From: Candidatus Omnitrophota bacterium
GTDB taxonomy: Bacteria > Omnitrophota > Gorgyraeia > Aquiviventales > Aquiviventaceae
DNA length: 64,000 nucleotides
Direction of reading: 5' to 3'
NCBI GenBank assembly: GCA_023247255.1
Contig: JAHFGV010000002.1
Coordinates: 33,835 to 97,834 of the forward strand
Shown: in pieces, positions 1 through 8,152 of the stretch
Layout of the letters: every line of letters starts with the position of its first letter
How positions within the stretch are numbered: the first letter of the stretch is position 1
The notes under the pieces: model-generated
The model's database searches: none
What the model was told of the DNA's origin: nothing
The model's input: the letters and a program-made list of their open reading frames with translations, nothing else
Made by a program: the position numbers and the translations under genes

Positions 1-863
1 CGCGACAAACACCGGGATTTTCAGGAGCGGATTTAGCCAACCTCGCTAATGAAGCGGCGTTGCTTGCGGCCCGTCGGAATAAAGACGGTGTGAGTACGAA
101 AGAACTGGAAGAAGCTATCGAGCGCGTCATTGCCGGACCCGAGCGAAAGACGCGCGTATTGAATGAACGGGAAAAAAAGATCACCGCCTTTCACGAATCA
201 GGCCATGCGCTGGTCGCTCTTCTGACGCCGGATACCGATCCGGTGCATAAGGTGTCGATCATTCCCCGGGGGGCGCATGCTTTGGGATACACCATGCAAC
301 TGCCCATCGAAGACCGTTACACGATGAGTAAGACGGAGCTGCTCGCCCGCATGACGGTCATGATGGGGGGACGCGCGGCCGAGGAGATTGTCTTTAATGA
401 GATCACCACAGGGGCGCAAAATGACATCGAGACTGCAACCGAGATGGCTCGCCGCATGGTATGCGAATTTGGCATGAGCGAGCGTTTGGGTTCTCTCACC
501 TATGGCCGTCGGGAACGGCAGATGTTTTTAGGAAGAGATCTGTTTGAGGACCGCAACTACAGCGAGCAAACCGCCGTCCTCATCGATGAAGAAATTCGGA
601 GGTTGATCGATACCTGCTATCAGCGCGCCAGTCAGCTATTACTCGACTATCGTCCTCAGTTGGAAAGCCTGGCTCAGGCCTTGTTGGACAAGGAGGTGTT
701 GGATGGGGAAGCCGTCAAGCGCATCGCAGGAGTGACTACCAGCGCCGGCTCCTCAGGATCTGCTACTCTCTCAGGTGATGTTCTCCAGCCGCCCCATCTT
801 AAATCACTCCCGGAGAGTCTTTCATCTTCCAAAACAAACTCAGGCTGCAATAAGAGTGCCTAA
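1..863 (+). CDS. ftsH: ATP-dependent zinc metalloprotease FtsH, C-terminal portion (5' end lies outside window)
   Basis: ORF is in frame from the window edge and has the HESGHA zinc-binding motif of M41 peptidases plus C-terminal helical region. Stop at 861-863. Confidence 0.85.
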   Translation, partial: RQTPGFSGADLANLANEAALLAARRNKDGVSTKELEEAIERVIAGPERKTRVLNEREKKITAFHESGHALVALLTPDTDPVHKVSIIPRGAHALGYTMQLPIEDRYTMSKTELLARMTVMMGGRAAEEIVFNEITTGAQNDIETATEMARRMVCEFGMSERLGSLTYGRRERQMFLGRDLFEDRNYSEQTAVLIDEEIRRLIDTCYQRASQLLLDYRPQLESLAQALLDKEVLDGEAVKRIAGVTTSAGSSGSATLSGDVLQPPHLKSLPESLSSSKTNSGCNKSA

Positions 864-1010
864 CTGGGCTTTTGCAAAAATAGCCAACACGTTGACGGAG
901 CGTTGTGTCATGTTTCATGTGTCACGAGTCATGGAAAGCAAAAGGAGCCCTTTGGCCATACTTGAGGTGCCTATTTATTTTCTGCTTTTTCATGACACAT
1001 AAACCATGAA
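864..1010. repeat. MITE-like element with 16-bp terminal inverted repeat tgtgtcatgtttcatg/catgaaacatgacaca ('catgacac' family)
   Basis: Perfect inverted repeat at 903-918 and 995-1010. The internal ~85 bp is nearly identical to 62443-62545. Related copies at 45048-45192 and a partial copy at 23925-23975. Confidence 0.6.
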
Positions 1011-1208
1011 ACATGACACAGACGTGAGCACTACCACTAACCGCGATGCATTTTGCAAAACCTCAGTGCCGACATAATGAGCACATGGCCGCGATCATTA
1101 TGTTAGGCACTTTAGTCTGTATCTTCTTCCACTCATACAAACGAACGCATTCGTGATACATCCTAGAGTTCGTTTTGCGTTTGTATGAGTTGACACCACT
1201 TTTTACGC

Positions 1209-2165
1209 ATGCCCACCGGTGTTTGGCACGCAACGATGTCATCCCCGCACTCGCCTGAAGATCAGGCCGCAGGTTTAAGGTTTCAAGACCGCATCATCCC
1301 TTGCGCTCATAGCAAGCAGCTTGCCTATCGAGGGTTTCCGCTGGTCATGGGTATTCTCAACGTCACCCCTGATTCATTCAGCGACGGCGGCCGGTTTGCG
1401 ACACTGGAAGGCGCGCGACAGCGAGCCCAGAAGATGATTAGCGAAGGGGTCGATTTGATCGACGTCGGAGGCGAATCTACCCGACCCGGCGCAAGTTTTG
1501 TTCCGCTTGAGGAAGAGCTGCAGCGGGTGATTCCGGTCGTTGAACGTCTGGCGCGGATATTACACGTGCCTATTTCTGTGGATACTCACAAAGCTGAAGT
1601 CGCCCGTCAGTCCCTGGATGTGGGTGCGTGTCTCATCAACGACGTGACGGCATTCCGGGGCGATTCCCAAATGATCTCGGTGATTGTCCGTGCCAAGGCT
1701 GCCGTTATTTTGATGCATATGCGTGGCACACCTCAGACGATGCAGGATCAGCCCCGTTACGGCCAGCTCGTTCCGGAAATCAGCGGGTGGCTTTCCCATG
1801 CGGCTCAACAGGCTGAGGTTGCTGGCGTGGAGCGCTCACGTATTCTCATTGACCCTGGCCTGGGATTTGGAAAAACACTTGAGCATAACCTTCAACTGAT
1901 GCGAGGACTCGACGCTTTTGTGGCGCTGGGTTATCCGGTCGTGGTCGGGCCTTCCCGTAAATCGTTTATTGGAAAGACGCTCGATTTGGATGTCGAGGAC
2001 CGGCTAGCGGGAACGCTGGCCTGCGTGGCTTATGCGCAGTTGCAGGGAGTGCACATCGTTCGGGTCCACGATGTGCCGCCGGCTGTTCAAGTTATTCAGA
2101 TGATTCGGGCGATTGAGGAATCTCAAGGATCAGAAAAAGCAGATGCGCTTGGGTGTCAACGTTGA
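1209..2165 (+). CDS. folP: dihydropteroate synthase
   Basis: GILNVTPDSFSDGG and DVGGESTRPGA motifs of the DHPS pterin-binding domain. Start uncertain; ATGs at 1209, 1236 and 1347 are all possible. Confidence 0.85.
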   Translation: MPTGVWHATMSSPHSPEDQAAGLRFQDRIIPCAHSKQLAYRGFPLVMGILNVTPDSFSDGGRFATLEGARQRAQKMISEGVDLIDVGGESTRPGASFVPLEEELQRVIPVVERLARILHVPISVDTHKAEVARQSLDVGACLINDVTAFRGDSQMISVIVRAKAAVILMHMRGTPQTMQDQPRYGQLVPEISGWLSHAAQQAEVAGVERSRILIDPGLGFGKTLEHNLQLMRGLDAFVALGYPVVVGPSRKSFIGKTLDLDVEDRLAGTLACVAYAQLQGVHIVRVHDVPPAVQVIQMIRAIEESQGSEKADALGCQR

Positions 2166-2862
2166 TCATATTGCGACCTTAAGGCAGGCCCGGAAAACTT
2201 CAAACCCGGATCCGAAAGATGCTGCTCGAATATGTGAGCAGGCCGGGGCCAGCAGCATCGTGTGTCATCTGCGGGAAGATCGGCGTCATATTCAAGACAC
2301 AGACGTTTGGCGACTGCGGCAGTCCATCACCACTCGCTTGAATCTGGAGATGTCTATCGCCAAAGGGATTGTCGCCATCGCCCTTGCGGTCAAACCCGCA
2401 CAGGTGACTCTGGTTCCCGAGCGTCGGCAGGAACTGACGACAGAAGGTGGCCTGGATATTGTCAATCTGCGGGGCCGTCTCAAGCGGGTGGTTCGAACGT
2501 TTCAGGAACGTGGGATTGAAGTCAGCTTATTTGTGGATCCCATCATCCGTCAGTTGCAAGCGGCGCAGGACCTAGGGGTTGAAATGATTGAGCTGCACAC
2601 GGGACGATATGCCGAGGCTTCAGCACCGCGTCTGCGTTTGCATCAGTTGAGGCAACTTTCCAAAGCGGCACAGGCAGCAAGGAAACTGGAAATTTCCGTC
2701 GCTGCAGGCCACGGTTTGGACTATGACAACGTCTCTGCGGTTGTCGAGATCCCTGAGATTGAGGAACTTAACATTGGCTATGCGATCATCAGGCGAGCGC
2801 TGTTTGTCGGTCTTCAGGATGCGGTCAGAGAAATGGTCGGGTTGGTTTCTGTCCCGTCATAG
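2143..2862 (+). CDS. pdxJ: pyridoxine 5'-phosphate synthase
   Basis: LGVNVDHIATLRQAR N-terminus and PdxJ TIM-barrel signature. Overlaps the folP end. ATG at 2143 fits the PdxJ N-terminus better than the ORF-track start 2113. Confidence 0.85.
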   Translation: MRLGVNVDHIATLRQARKTSNPDPKDAARICEQAGASSIVCHLREDRRHIQDTDVWRLRQSITTRLNLEMSIAKGIVAIALAVKPAQVTLVPERRQELTTEGGLDIVNLRGRLKRVVRTFQERGIEVSLFVDPIIRQLQAAQDLGVEMIELHTGRYAEASAPRLRLHQLRQLSKAAQAARKLEISVAAGHGLDYDNVSAVVEIPEIEELNIGYAIIRRALFVGLQDAVREMVGLVSVPS

Positions 2863-3078
2863 GACCCGGCCTTTGGCTGTGGACCGATGGTTTCGTTGGG
2901 TCTTTAGCCAAAAGCAAAAGCCCCGGGTTCTCGAGCAAACGGGTGTTTTTCCGCAGCCTGTGAGGTGCTCTTAATGCGAACCTTGCGACGTCCGTCGAAG
3001 TATCTTTGGAATAGCTCGCCTTCGCGGAATCGCAGACGTCACAAACACCCAGCTAAAATTTTAGCAAATTCCGAATCG

Positions 3079-3498
3079 ATGGCGATTGGTTGTGGAGTCG
3101 ATGTCGTGGAGTTGGATCGATTCAAGGAAGCGCTCAGACGAGGGGGGGCGGCTTTTCTCCGAAGAGTCTTTACGGCTCAAGAGGTGACTTACGCCAAGGC
3201 AAGAAAGCGAACGGTCCTTTTGCATCTGGCTGCCCGGTTTGCCGCCAAGGAAGCAGTAATCAAAGCCGTCTCGCAGATCGCTCCCCGTCGGATGCTGGCC
3301 ATGAACCAAGTCGAGGTTTGTAACGATTCGTTAGGACGGCCGCACATTTTTCTCCATGATGATCGACATCGAGGATCGACGCCGCTGACTCTATTGGTCA
3401 GCCTTTCACACACAGAGCGTGTCGCGGTGGCAAACGCCATCGCTTTTCAGAAAGGCTTTCTCCCTCACCAACCCTGCGCTCAGAAAGGCCGAAGATGA
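3079..3498 (+). CDS. acpS: holo-[acyl-carrier-protein] synthase (4'-phosphopantetheinyl transferase)
   Basis: MAIGCGVDVVELDRF N-terminus is typical of AcpS. The ORF-track start 2965 adds an implausible basic extension. Confidence 0.75.
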   Translation: MAIGCGVDVVELDRFKEALRRGGAAFLRRVFTAQEVTYAKARKRTVLLHLAARFAAKEAVIKAVSQIAPRRMLAMNQVEVCNDSLGRPHIFLHDDRHRGSTPLTLLVSLSHTERVAVANAIAFQKGFLPHQPCAQKGRR

Positions 3499-4361
3499 TC
3501 CCGGCAGGATTGTTTCCCCCACGTAGTCCTCAGACCCACAAAGGGGATGTCGGGCGTGTTTTCATTGTTGCAGGTTCTGTCGGATTAAGCGGAGCCGCAG
3601 CCCTCTGCGCTCAGGGTGCCTTGCGTATCGGTGCGGGGCTTGTCACTCTGGGCATTCCCCGCAGCCTTCATGATTCGATGGCGGCCAAACTGACAGAGGT
3701 GATGCTCAGGGTTTTGCCAGAGACACAAGCCGGCAGCCTAGCCCTTCAGGCCTTGCCCGAGTTGATGGCTATTGTAGAGTCGATGGATGCCGTCGCCCTT
3801 GGCCCTGGACTGTCGCAGAATCCGCAAACCAAAACACTTGTTTCTCGGCTGTTGCCCAAGGTTACCCACCCCTTGGTGCTCGATGCGGATGGACTCAATG
3901 CCCTTGCCGAAGACATAGGGCTATTAAAGAAACTTCCGCTTCCGATTGTTATCACGCCACATCCCGGTGAGATGGCGCGTTTGATTCGGCAATCAGCCGC
4001 AGAGGTCCAACGAGATCGTCAACGCATTGCCGTAGAGTTCGCTAAGCGGTATCGTGTCGTCGTTGTTCTCAAAGGACACCAGACGGTGGTGGCGGATGTG
4101 GACGGTTCTATCTATGTCAACGACACCGGCAATCCTGGTATGGCCTCAGGGGGTTGCGGTGACGTATTGACAGGAATCATCGTCGGCCTTTTGGGTCAGC
4201 GTTTGTCGCTCTTTGACGCAGCGCGTCTTGGGGTGTACCTGCATGGTTTGACCGGAGACCTCGCAGCCAGCGTTCGAGGCCCAATCGGCTTGATTGCATC
4301 CGATCTGCTGGATAGAATACCCCAAGCCATCCGACAGTATCAGGCCTTGAGTCCATCTTGA
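3495..4361 (+). CDS. ADP-dependent NAD(P)H-hydrate dehydratase (YjeF C-terminal domain family)
   Basis: VFIVAGSVGLSGAA and GNPGMASGGCGDVLTG motifs of the carbohydrate-kinase-like Nnr domain. Confidence 0.8.
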   Translation: MIPAGLFPPRSPQTHKGDVGRVFIVAGSVGLSGAAALCAQGALRIGAGLVTLGIPRSLHDSMAAKLTEVMLRVLPETQAGSLALQALPELMAIVESMDAVALGPGLSQNPQTKTLVSRLLPKVTHPLVLDADGLNALAEDIGLLKKLPLPIVITPHPGEMARLIRQSAAEVQRDRQRIAVEFAKRYRVVVVLKGHQTVVADVDGSIYVNDTGNPGMASGGCGDVLTGIIVGLLGQRLSLFDAARLGVYLHGLTGDLAASVRGPIGLIASDLLDRIPQAIRQYQALSPS

Positions 4362-4383
4362 TCGTTACAGAACAGAATAAGAT

Positions 4384-4455
4384 GCTGGCGTAGCTCAATG
4401 GCAGAGCAACGGTTTTGTAAACCGTGGGTTGGAGGTTCAATTCCTCTCGCCAGCT
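4384..4455 (+). tRNA. tRNA-Thr (anticodon TGT)
   Basis: Manual cloverleaf: 7-bp acceptor gctggcg/cgccagc, anticodon loop tttgtaa, T-loop ttcaatt, 72 nt, no encoded CCA. Confidence 0.8.
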
Positions 4456-4650
4456 TATTTCTCGTCTTGCGAGAGGAATTGAAGGGAGCGCCGACTCAGT
4501 TTAAGGGCGCTGCGACGGGCAGGAGCAGCGACATTCCTTTGGAGGCGCGGGTGGCCGACCCGGAGCGAGTCGAAGACGAGCGGAGGGCGCCAATTCCTCT
4601 CGCCAGCTTATTTCTCGTCTTGCGAGAGGAATCGAAGGGAGCCGAGCCTT
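4436..4650 (+). repeat. tRNA-Thr 3'-end duplication module (52-nt direct repeats at 4436-4492 and 4591-4650 flanking a conserved 45-nt motif at 4546-4590)
   Basis: aattcctctcgccagcttatttctcgtcttgcgagaggaat[t/c]gaagggagc occurs twice. The second copy sits 155 nt downstream of the real tRNA 3' end. Confidence 0.7.
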
Positions 4651-4674
4651 CGGTCAATCAAGAGAGCCGAGGGA

Positions 4675-4752
4675 ATTGTCGATTGCCGATTTTCGATTGA
4701 ACGAAGGTTTTTCAATCGACAATCCAAAATCGACAATCGACAATTCCAAGGC
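4675..4752. repeat. palindromic TCGATTGTCGATT-family element
   Basis: ttgtcgattttcgattgaa ... ttcaatcgacaatccaaaatcgacaa inverted arms. Confidence 0.7.
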
Positions 4753-4782
4753 TGTTTCATGATCCCTTAGTCGAGGCGGGTG

Positions 4783-4843
4783 GCCGACCCGGAGCGAGTC
4801 GAAGACGAGCGGAGGGCGCCGATTCCTCTGGCCATCTGAGTTA
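4783..4843 (+). repeat. third copy of conserved 45-nt motif gcgggtggccgacccggagcgagtcgaagacgagcggagggcgcc plus degenerate tRNA-Thr 3' end
   Basis: Near-identical to 4546-4590. Followed by gattcctctggcca, a degenerate form of aattcctctcgccagc. Confidence 0.6.
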
Positions 4844-4915
4844 GCCTCACGAGGAGTTATGGTATGGTAGGAGTTCTTAGATATTCCAGTTCTGTGCGCT
4901 GATTGCTGTTCTTCA

Positions 4916-5001
4916 AGGGCAGGTGCCGGAGTGGCCAATCGGATCAGTCTGTAAAACTGACGGGCTTACCGCCCTACCCAGGTTCGAACCCTGGCCTGCC
5001 C
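4916..5001 (+). tRNA. tRNA-Tyr (anticodon GTA), long variable arm
   Basis: Acceptor gggcagg/cctgccc, anticodon stem tcagt/actga with loop ctgtaaa, type-II variable arm, T-loop ttcgaac, 86 nt. Confidence 0.8.
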
Positions 5002-5180
5002 ATCGTTTTCAAGATATGCTTACATTTTGCCACAGGCCGGTATTTGTGAAGGGAACCCGTTTGTTCCTGCAAGAAGGGGAGGGTTCGAAGGCCGAACGCC
5101 CACCGCGTTCGGCATTCCGCGGCTGCCCCGATGACAGCCGCTGCAGGAGCCGAGCCGTCGATCAATCAAAAGAGCTGAAG

Positions 5181-5250
5181 GAATTGTCGATTTTCGATTG
5201 AATGAAGGTCTTTCAATCGACAATCCAAAATCGACAATTCCAACAGCTTG
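5181..5250. repeat. palindromic TCGATTGTCGATT-family element
   Basis: aattgtcgattttcgattgaatgaagg...ttcaatcgacaatccaaaatcgacaattcc. Confidence 0.7.
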
Positions 5251-5285
5251 TCACTTGTAACTTGCTACTTGTCACTATTCTTAAT

Positions 5286-5356
5286 GCGGGTGTAGCACAG
5301 TGGTAGTGCGCTAGCCTTCCAAGCTAGTCACACGGGTTCGATTCCCGTCACCCGCT
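5286..5356 (+). tRNA. tRNA-Gly (anticodon TCC)
   Basis: Acceptor gcgggtg/cacccgc, anticodon loop cttccaa, T-loop ttcgatt, discriminator U, 71 nt. Confidence 0.8.
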
Positions 5357-5612
5357 TTTTTGTCTTGTGACGGGAATCGAAGGGAGCCGCGACACAGATT
5401 AACGTCGATCCGACGAATAGGAGGATCGATATTCCTTAGGAGCGGCGGGTGGCCGACCGAAGCGAGCCGAAGGCGAGCGGAGGCGCCGATTCCCGTCACC
5501 CGCTTTTTTGTCTTGTGACGGGAATCGAAGGGAGCCGAGCCTTCGGTCAATCAAGAGAGCCGAGGGAATTGCCGATTGTCGATTTTCGATTGAATAAAGC
5601 TATAAGAATCGG
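5339..5612 (+). repeat. tRNA-Gly 3'-end duplication module (copies at 5339-5390 and 5488-5540, conserved motif at 5440-5487) followed by a half palindromic element
   Basis: gattcccgtcacccgcttttttgtcttgtgacgggaatcgaagggagcc is duplicated. Between the copies lies ggcgggtggccgaccgaagcgagccgaaggcgagcggaggcgcc, which is homologous to the Thr-module motif. Confidence 0.7.
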
Positions 5613-5785
5613 TATTGTTTGGGCTGACCTCCTTTTGCTCCCAACGCGCATTTACTCAGGAGAGCGGAAAATAGGTTGCATTACCGCCATGCCGATTCGA
5701 CGCTGCACTCAGCGCAAGGGGCAACCTTTCATTCGCTCCGCTCAGTAAGATTTAATATGAGTCAACGCGTGCGATGGCCCTGCCG

Positions 5786-5814
5786 TTGACAGTGGGCTCA
5801 AAAGATGCTAGAGT
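5786..5814 (+). promoter_or_regulatory. candidate sigma70-type promoter for rplM-rpsI (TTGACA-17nt-TAGAGT)
   Basis: TTGACA at 5786-5791, 17-nt spacer, TAGAGT at 5809-5814, ~14 nt before the rplM ATG. Confidence 0.35.
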
Positions 5815-5827
5815 GATACCCTTTAGA

Positions 5828-6265
5828 ATGACGACGACATTCGCCAAAGAAATAACCGCGAAACGCCAGTGGTTGGTCATCGACGCCAAGGATCAAGTTC
5901 TGGGTCGTTTAGCCAGCCGTATCGCCCTCATTCTGCGTGGGAAGCACAAAGTTGCTTACACGCCGTTTATAGATACGGGGGATTTTGTGGTGGTGATTAA
6001 CGCCTCGAATATCGCTGTGACGGGAAACAAGCGTACTCAGAAACTTTATCAACGATATTCAGGGTATCCAGGAGGACGGAAGGTGCAGACGCTGGGTGAG
6101 GTCCTGGATACTCATCCCGATCGTGTGATTCGCCTGGCTGTAAAGAGAATGATGCCCGAAGGACCATTGAGCCGACGGATGCTGAATAAGCTTAAAATCT
6201 ATCCTGGGCCGGATCATCCGCATGTGGCGCAGCAACCGAAACCCATTTCAATAAGCAACGGTTAA
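5828..6265 (+). CDS. rplM: 50S ribosomal protein L13
   Basis: MTTTFAKEITAKRQWLVIDAKDQVLGRLAS is a canonical L13 N-terminus. Confidence 0.9.
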   Translation: MTTTFAKEITAKRQWLVIDAKDQVLGRLASRIALILRGKHKVAYTPFIDTGDFVVVINASNIAVTGNKRTQKLYQRYSGYPGGRKVQTLGEVLDTHPDRVIRLAVKRMMPEGPLSRRMLNKLKIYPGPDHPHVAQQPKPISISNG

Positions 6266-6275
6266 GAGCTAACCC

Positions 6276-6761
6276 ATGCCTGATTTCCTAGAGTCTGCAG
6301 GGGTTGTAGAGCCTGAACCCCCAAAGACTAAAAGTCCACAGGACCCAACTGAAAGGGAAGAGCACCCAGCTGAAATGAAAGCCTCAGCCGGGACCGGACG
6401 TCGCAAGACTTCCATTGCACGCGTGCGGCTCATTCCAGGTACTGGGACCATTACGGTGAATCATACGCCTTACGAACAATGGTTTCCGCGTGAGTCGCTG
6501 CGCTTGAGCATTCGGGAACCGTTGCTGCTCACACGGCAGATTGGAAGGTATGACGTTTTCGCAAACGTGAGCGGAGGCGGTTTAAGTGGCCAGGCCGGTG
6601 CCATTCGATTAGGCATTGCGCGGGCCCTCCTTCAACTCGATCAGACCAACCGCTCGGGATTGCGCAGCGGTGGATTCTTGACTCGTGATCCTCGGATGAA
6701 GGAACGTAAGAAATACGGTCGGAAAGGCGCTCGGAAGCGATTCCAGTGGACCAAGCGGTAA
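6276..6761 (+). CDS. rpsI: 30S ribosomal protein S9
   Basis: [12 protein letters not shown] through the C-terminal [11 protein letters not shown] tail. An alternative start at 6372 ([11 protein letters not shown]) would match the canonical 130-aa S9 length. Confidence 0.85.
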   Translation: MPDFLESAGVVEPEPPKTKSPQDPTEREEHPAEMKASAGTGRRKTSIARVRLIPGTGTITVNHTPYEQWFPRESLRLSIREPLLLTRQIGRYDVFANVSGGGLSGQAGAIRLGIARALLQLDQTNRSGLRSGGFLTRDPRMKERKKYGRKGARKRFQWTKR

Positions 6762-6796
6762 GGCAATCAATTTTCTGCACGAAATGTCTGCTGGTG

Positions 6797-7092
6797 TTAA
6801 GAGTGCGTCCCAGAATCTCCCGTGCCCTGCGCTGGGCCTAGCTGCGAGACCCGCAAGGCGCGAGGATCGCCGCGTACCAGCTCCTGCGGTACGCAAGCGA
6901 CGAGCAACGCCGCGGGACGACGCAGATCGGCCCAGCCAATGGGCAGACTCAGGGTTGCGGCGCCAGACGGCCATCTGCGGCGTCGCTTCTCCTCGACGTA
7001 CCACGGGGGGTACGCCGTCGTCGTCGCTCCTTGCATCTGGCCGTCTGGCGCCGCAACGCAGGGTACGCGAGATTCTGGGACGCACTCTAAGA
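6797..7092. repeat. structured ~300-bp element A with 24-bp terminal inverted repeats and internal 19-bp hairpin (family shared with 55492-55804)
   Basis: Terminal inverted repeat gttaagagtgcgtcccagaatctc / gagattctgggacgcactctaa. Internal stem gttgcggcgccagacggcc...ggccgtctggcgccgcaac. The core is homologous to element B, with compensatory stem changes. Confidence 0.65.
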
Positions 7093-7114
7093 TGACAGTT
7101 ACCAATCCTTATAG

Positions 7115-8152
7115 ATGTCCAAGCTGCGAATCGCCATTGCTGGGGCGACTGGATATGCGGGAGAAGAGCTTATCCGGATCCTTCAGCACCATCCCTTCGT
7201 TGAGCTTACCCAATTGGCGGCTTCAGCCAAATGGGACCGCCCAGTCCCATTAGCCGAAGTCTTTCCACGCTTTGCCCACCCACTGGACTTGGCGATTGAA
7301 TCCTACGATCCCCAAACGTTTGCCCAGAAAAGCGATATCGCTTTTCTGGTCCTGCCCCATGGACTCTCGATGGATTTAGTGCCTATCCTGCTCAGGGCTG
7401 GCCTTCGCGTGATCGATTTGGGAGGGGATTTCAGGCTCAAGGATCCATCGCTGTTCAACCAATGGTACGGCAGAGTTCACGGCCATCCGGAATTTCTGGC
7501 GGAGGCAGTCTATGGTCTGTCGGAGCTCAATCGAGAGTCTATTGCACAAGCTCGTTTAGTGGCCAATCCGGGGTGCTATGCAACGTCGGTTATCTTGGCC
7601 GTTGCCCCTTTGCTCCGTGCAGGGATGGTGGAACCGACCGGGATGATTGTGGATGCCAAGTCAGGGCTCACCGGGGCTGGGCGAAAGGCAGAGACATCCT
7701 TAATGTTTGCCGAGATGAATGAAAATCTGTGGGCCTATAAGGTCAATCACCATCAGCACCAGCCGGAGATTCAACAAGCGCTGCGGCCTTTCACGACAGC
7801 GCAGAAAATCTCTTTGTGTTTTGTTCCTCACGTCGTGCCGCTGAATCGGGGGATTTTTTCCACCATTTATCTGCGTCTGGCCCGGTCCTGTCGTTGGGAG
7901 GATATCGATTCCGTGTATCGGGATTTTTATCGAGACACCCCATTCGTGCGCATGCGTCCCGCGCAGTCCTGGCCCAAGGTGAGTGACGTGGCGGGCACGA
8001 ACTTTTGCGATCTGGCTTTTACCGTTGATACCGACCAGCGCTTGGTGGTGGTCGGCGCAGTGATCGATAACTTAACCAAAGGAGCTGCGGGCCAGGCCGT
8101 GCAGAATCTGAATCTTATGGCTGGCTGGTCCGAGACGATGGGTCTGTTGTGA
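7115..8152 (+). CDS. argC: N-acetyl-gamma-glutamyl-phosphate reductase
   Basis: MSKLRIAIAGATGYAGEELIRIL Rossmann N-terminus and the catalytic Cys region ANPGCYATS. Confidence 0.9.
   Translation: MSKLRIAIAGATGYAGEELIRILQHHPFVELTQLAASAKWDRPVPLAEVFPRFAHPLDLAIESYDPQTFAQKSDIAFLVLPHGLSMDLVPILLRAGLRVIDLGGDFRLKDPSLFNQWYGRVHGHPEFLAEAVYGLSELNRESIAQARLVANPGCYATSVILAVAPLLRAGMVEPTGMIVDAKSGLTGAGRKAETSLMFAEMNENLWAYKVNHHQHQPEIQQALRPFTTAQKISLCFVPHVVPLNRGIFSTIYLRLARSCRWEDIDSVYRDFYRDTPFVRMRPAQSWPKVSDVAGTNFCDLAFTVDTDQRLVVVGAVIDNLTKGAAGQAVQNLNLMAGWSETMGLL

Noticed and set aside
6784-7253. ORFs 6784-7095(+), 6797-7105(-), 6822-7253(+), 6609-7085(-), and likewise 55597-55962(-) and 55599-55793(+).
   Set aside because: They lie inside the structured inverted-repeat elements A and B. 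They are Arg/Pro/Ala-rich low-complexity translations of GC-rich hairpin DNA, overlap one another in several frames, and are not credible genes.
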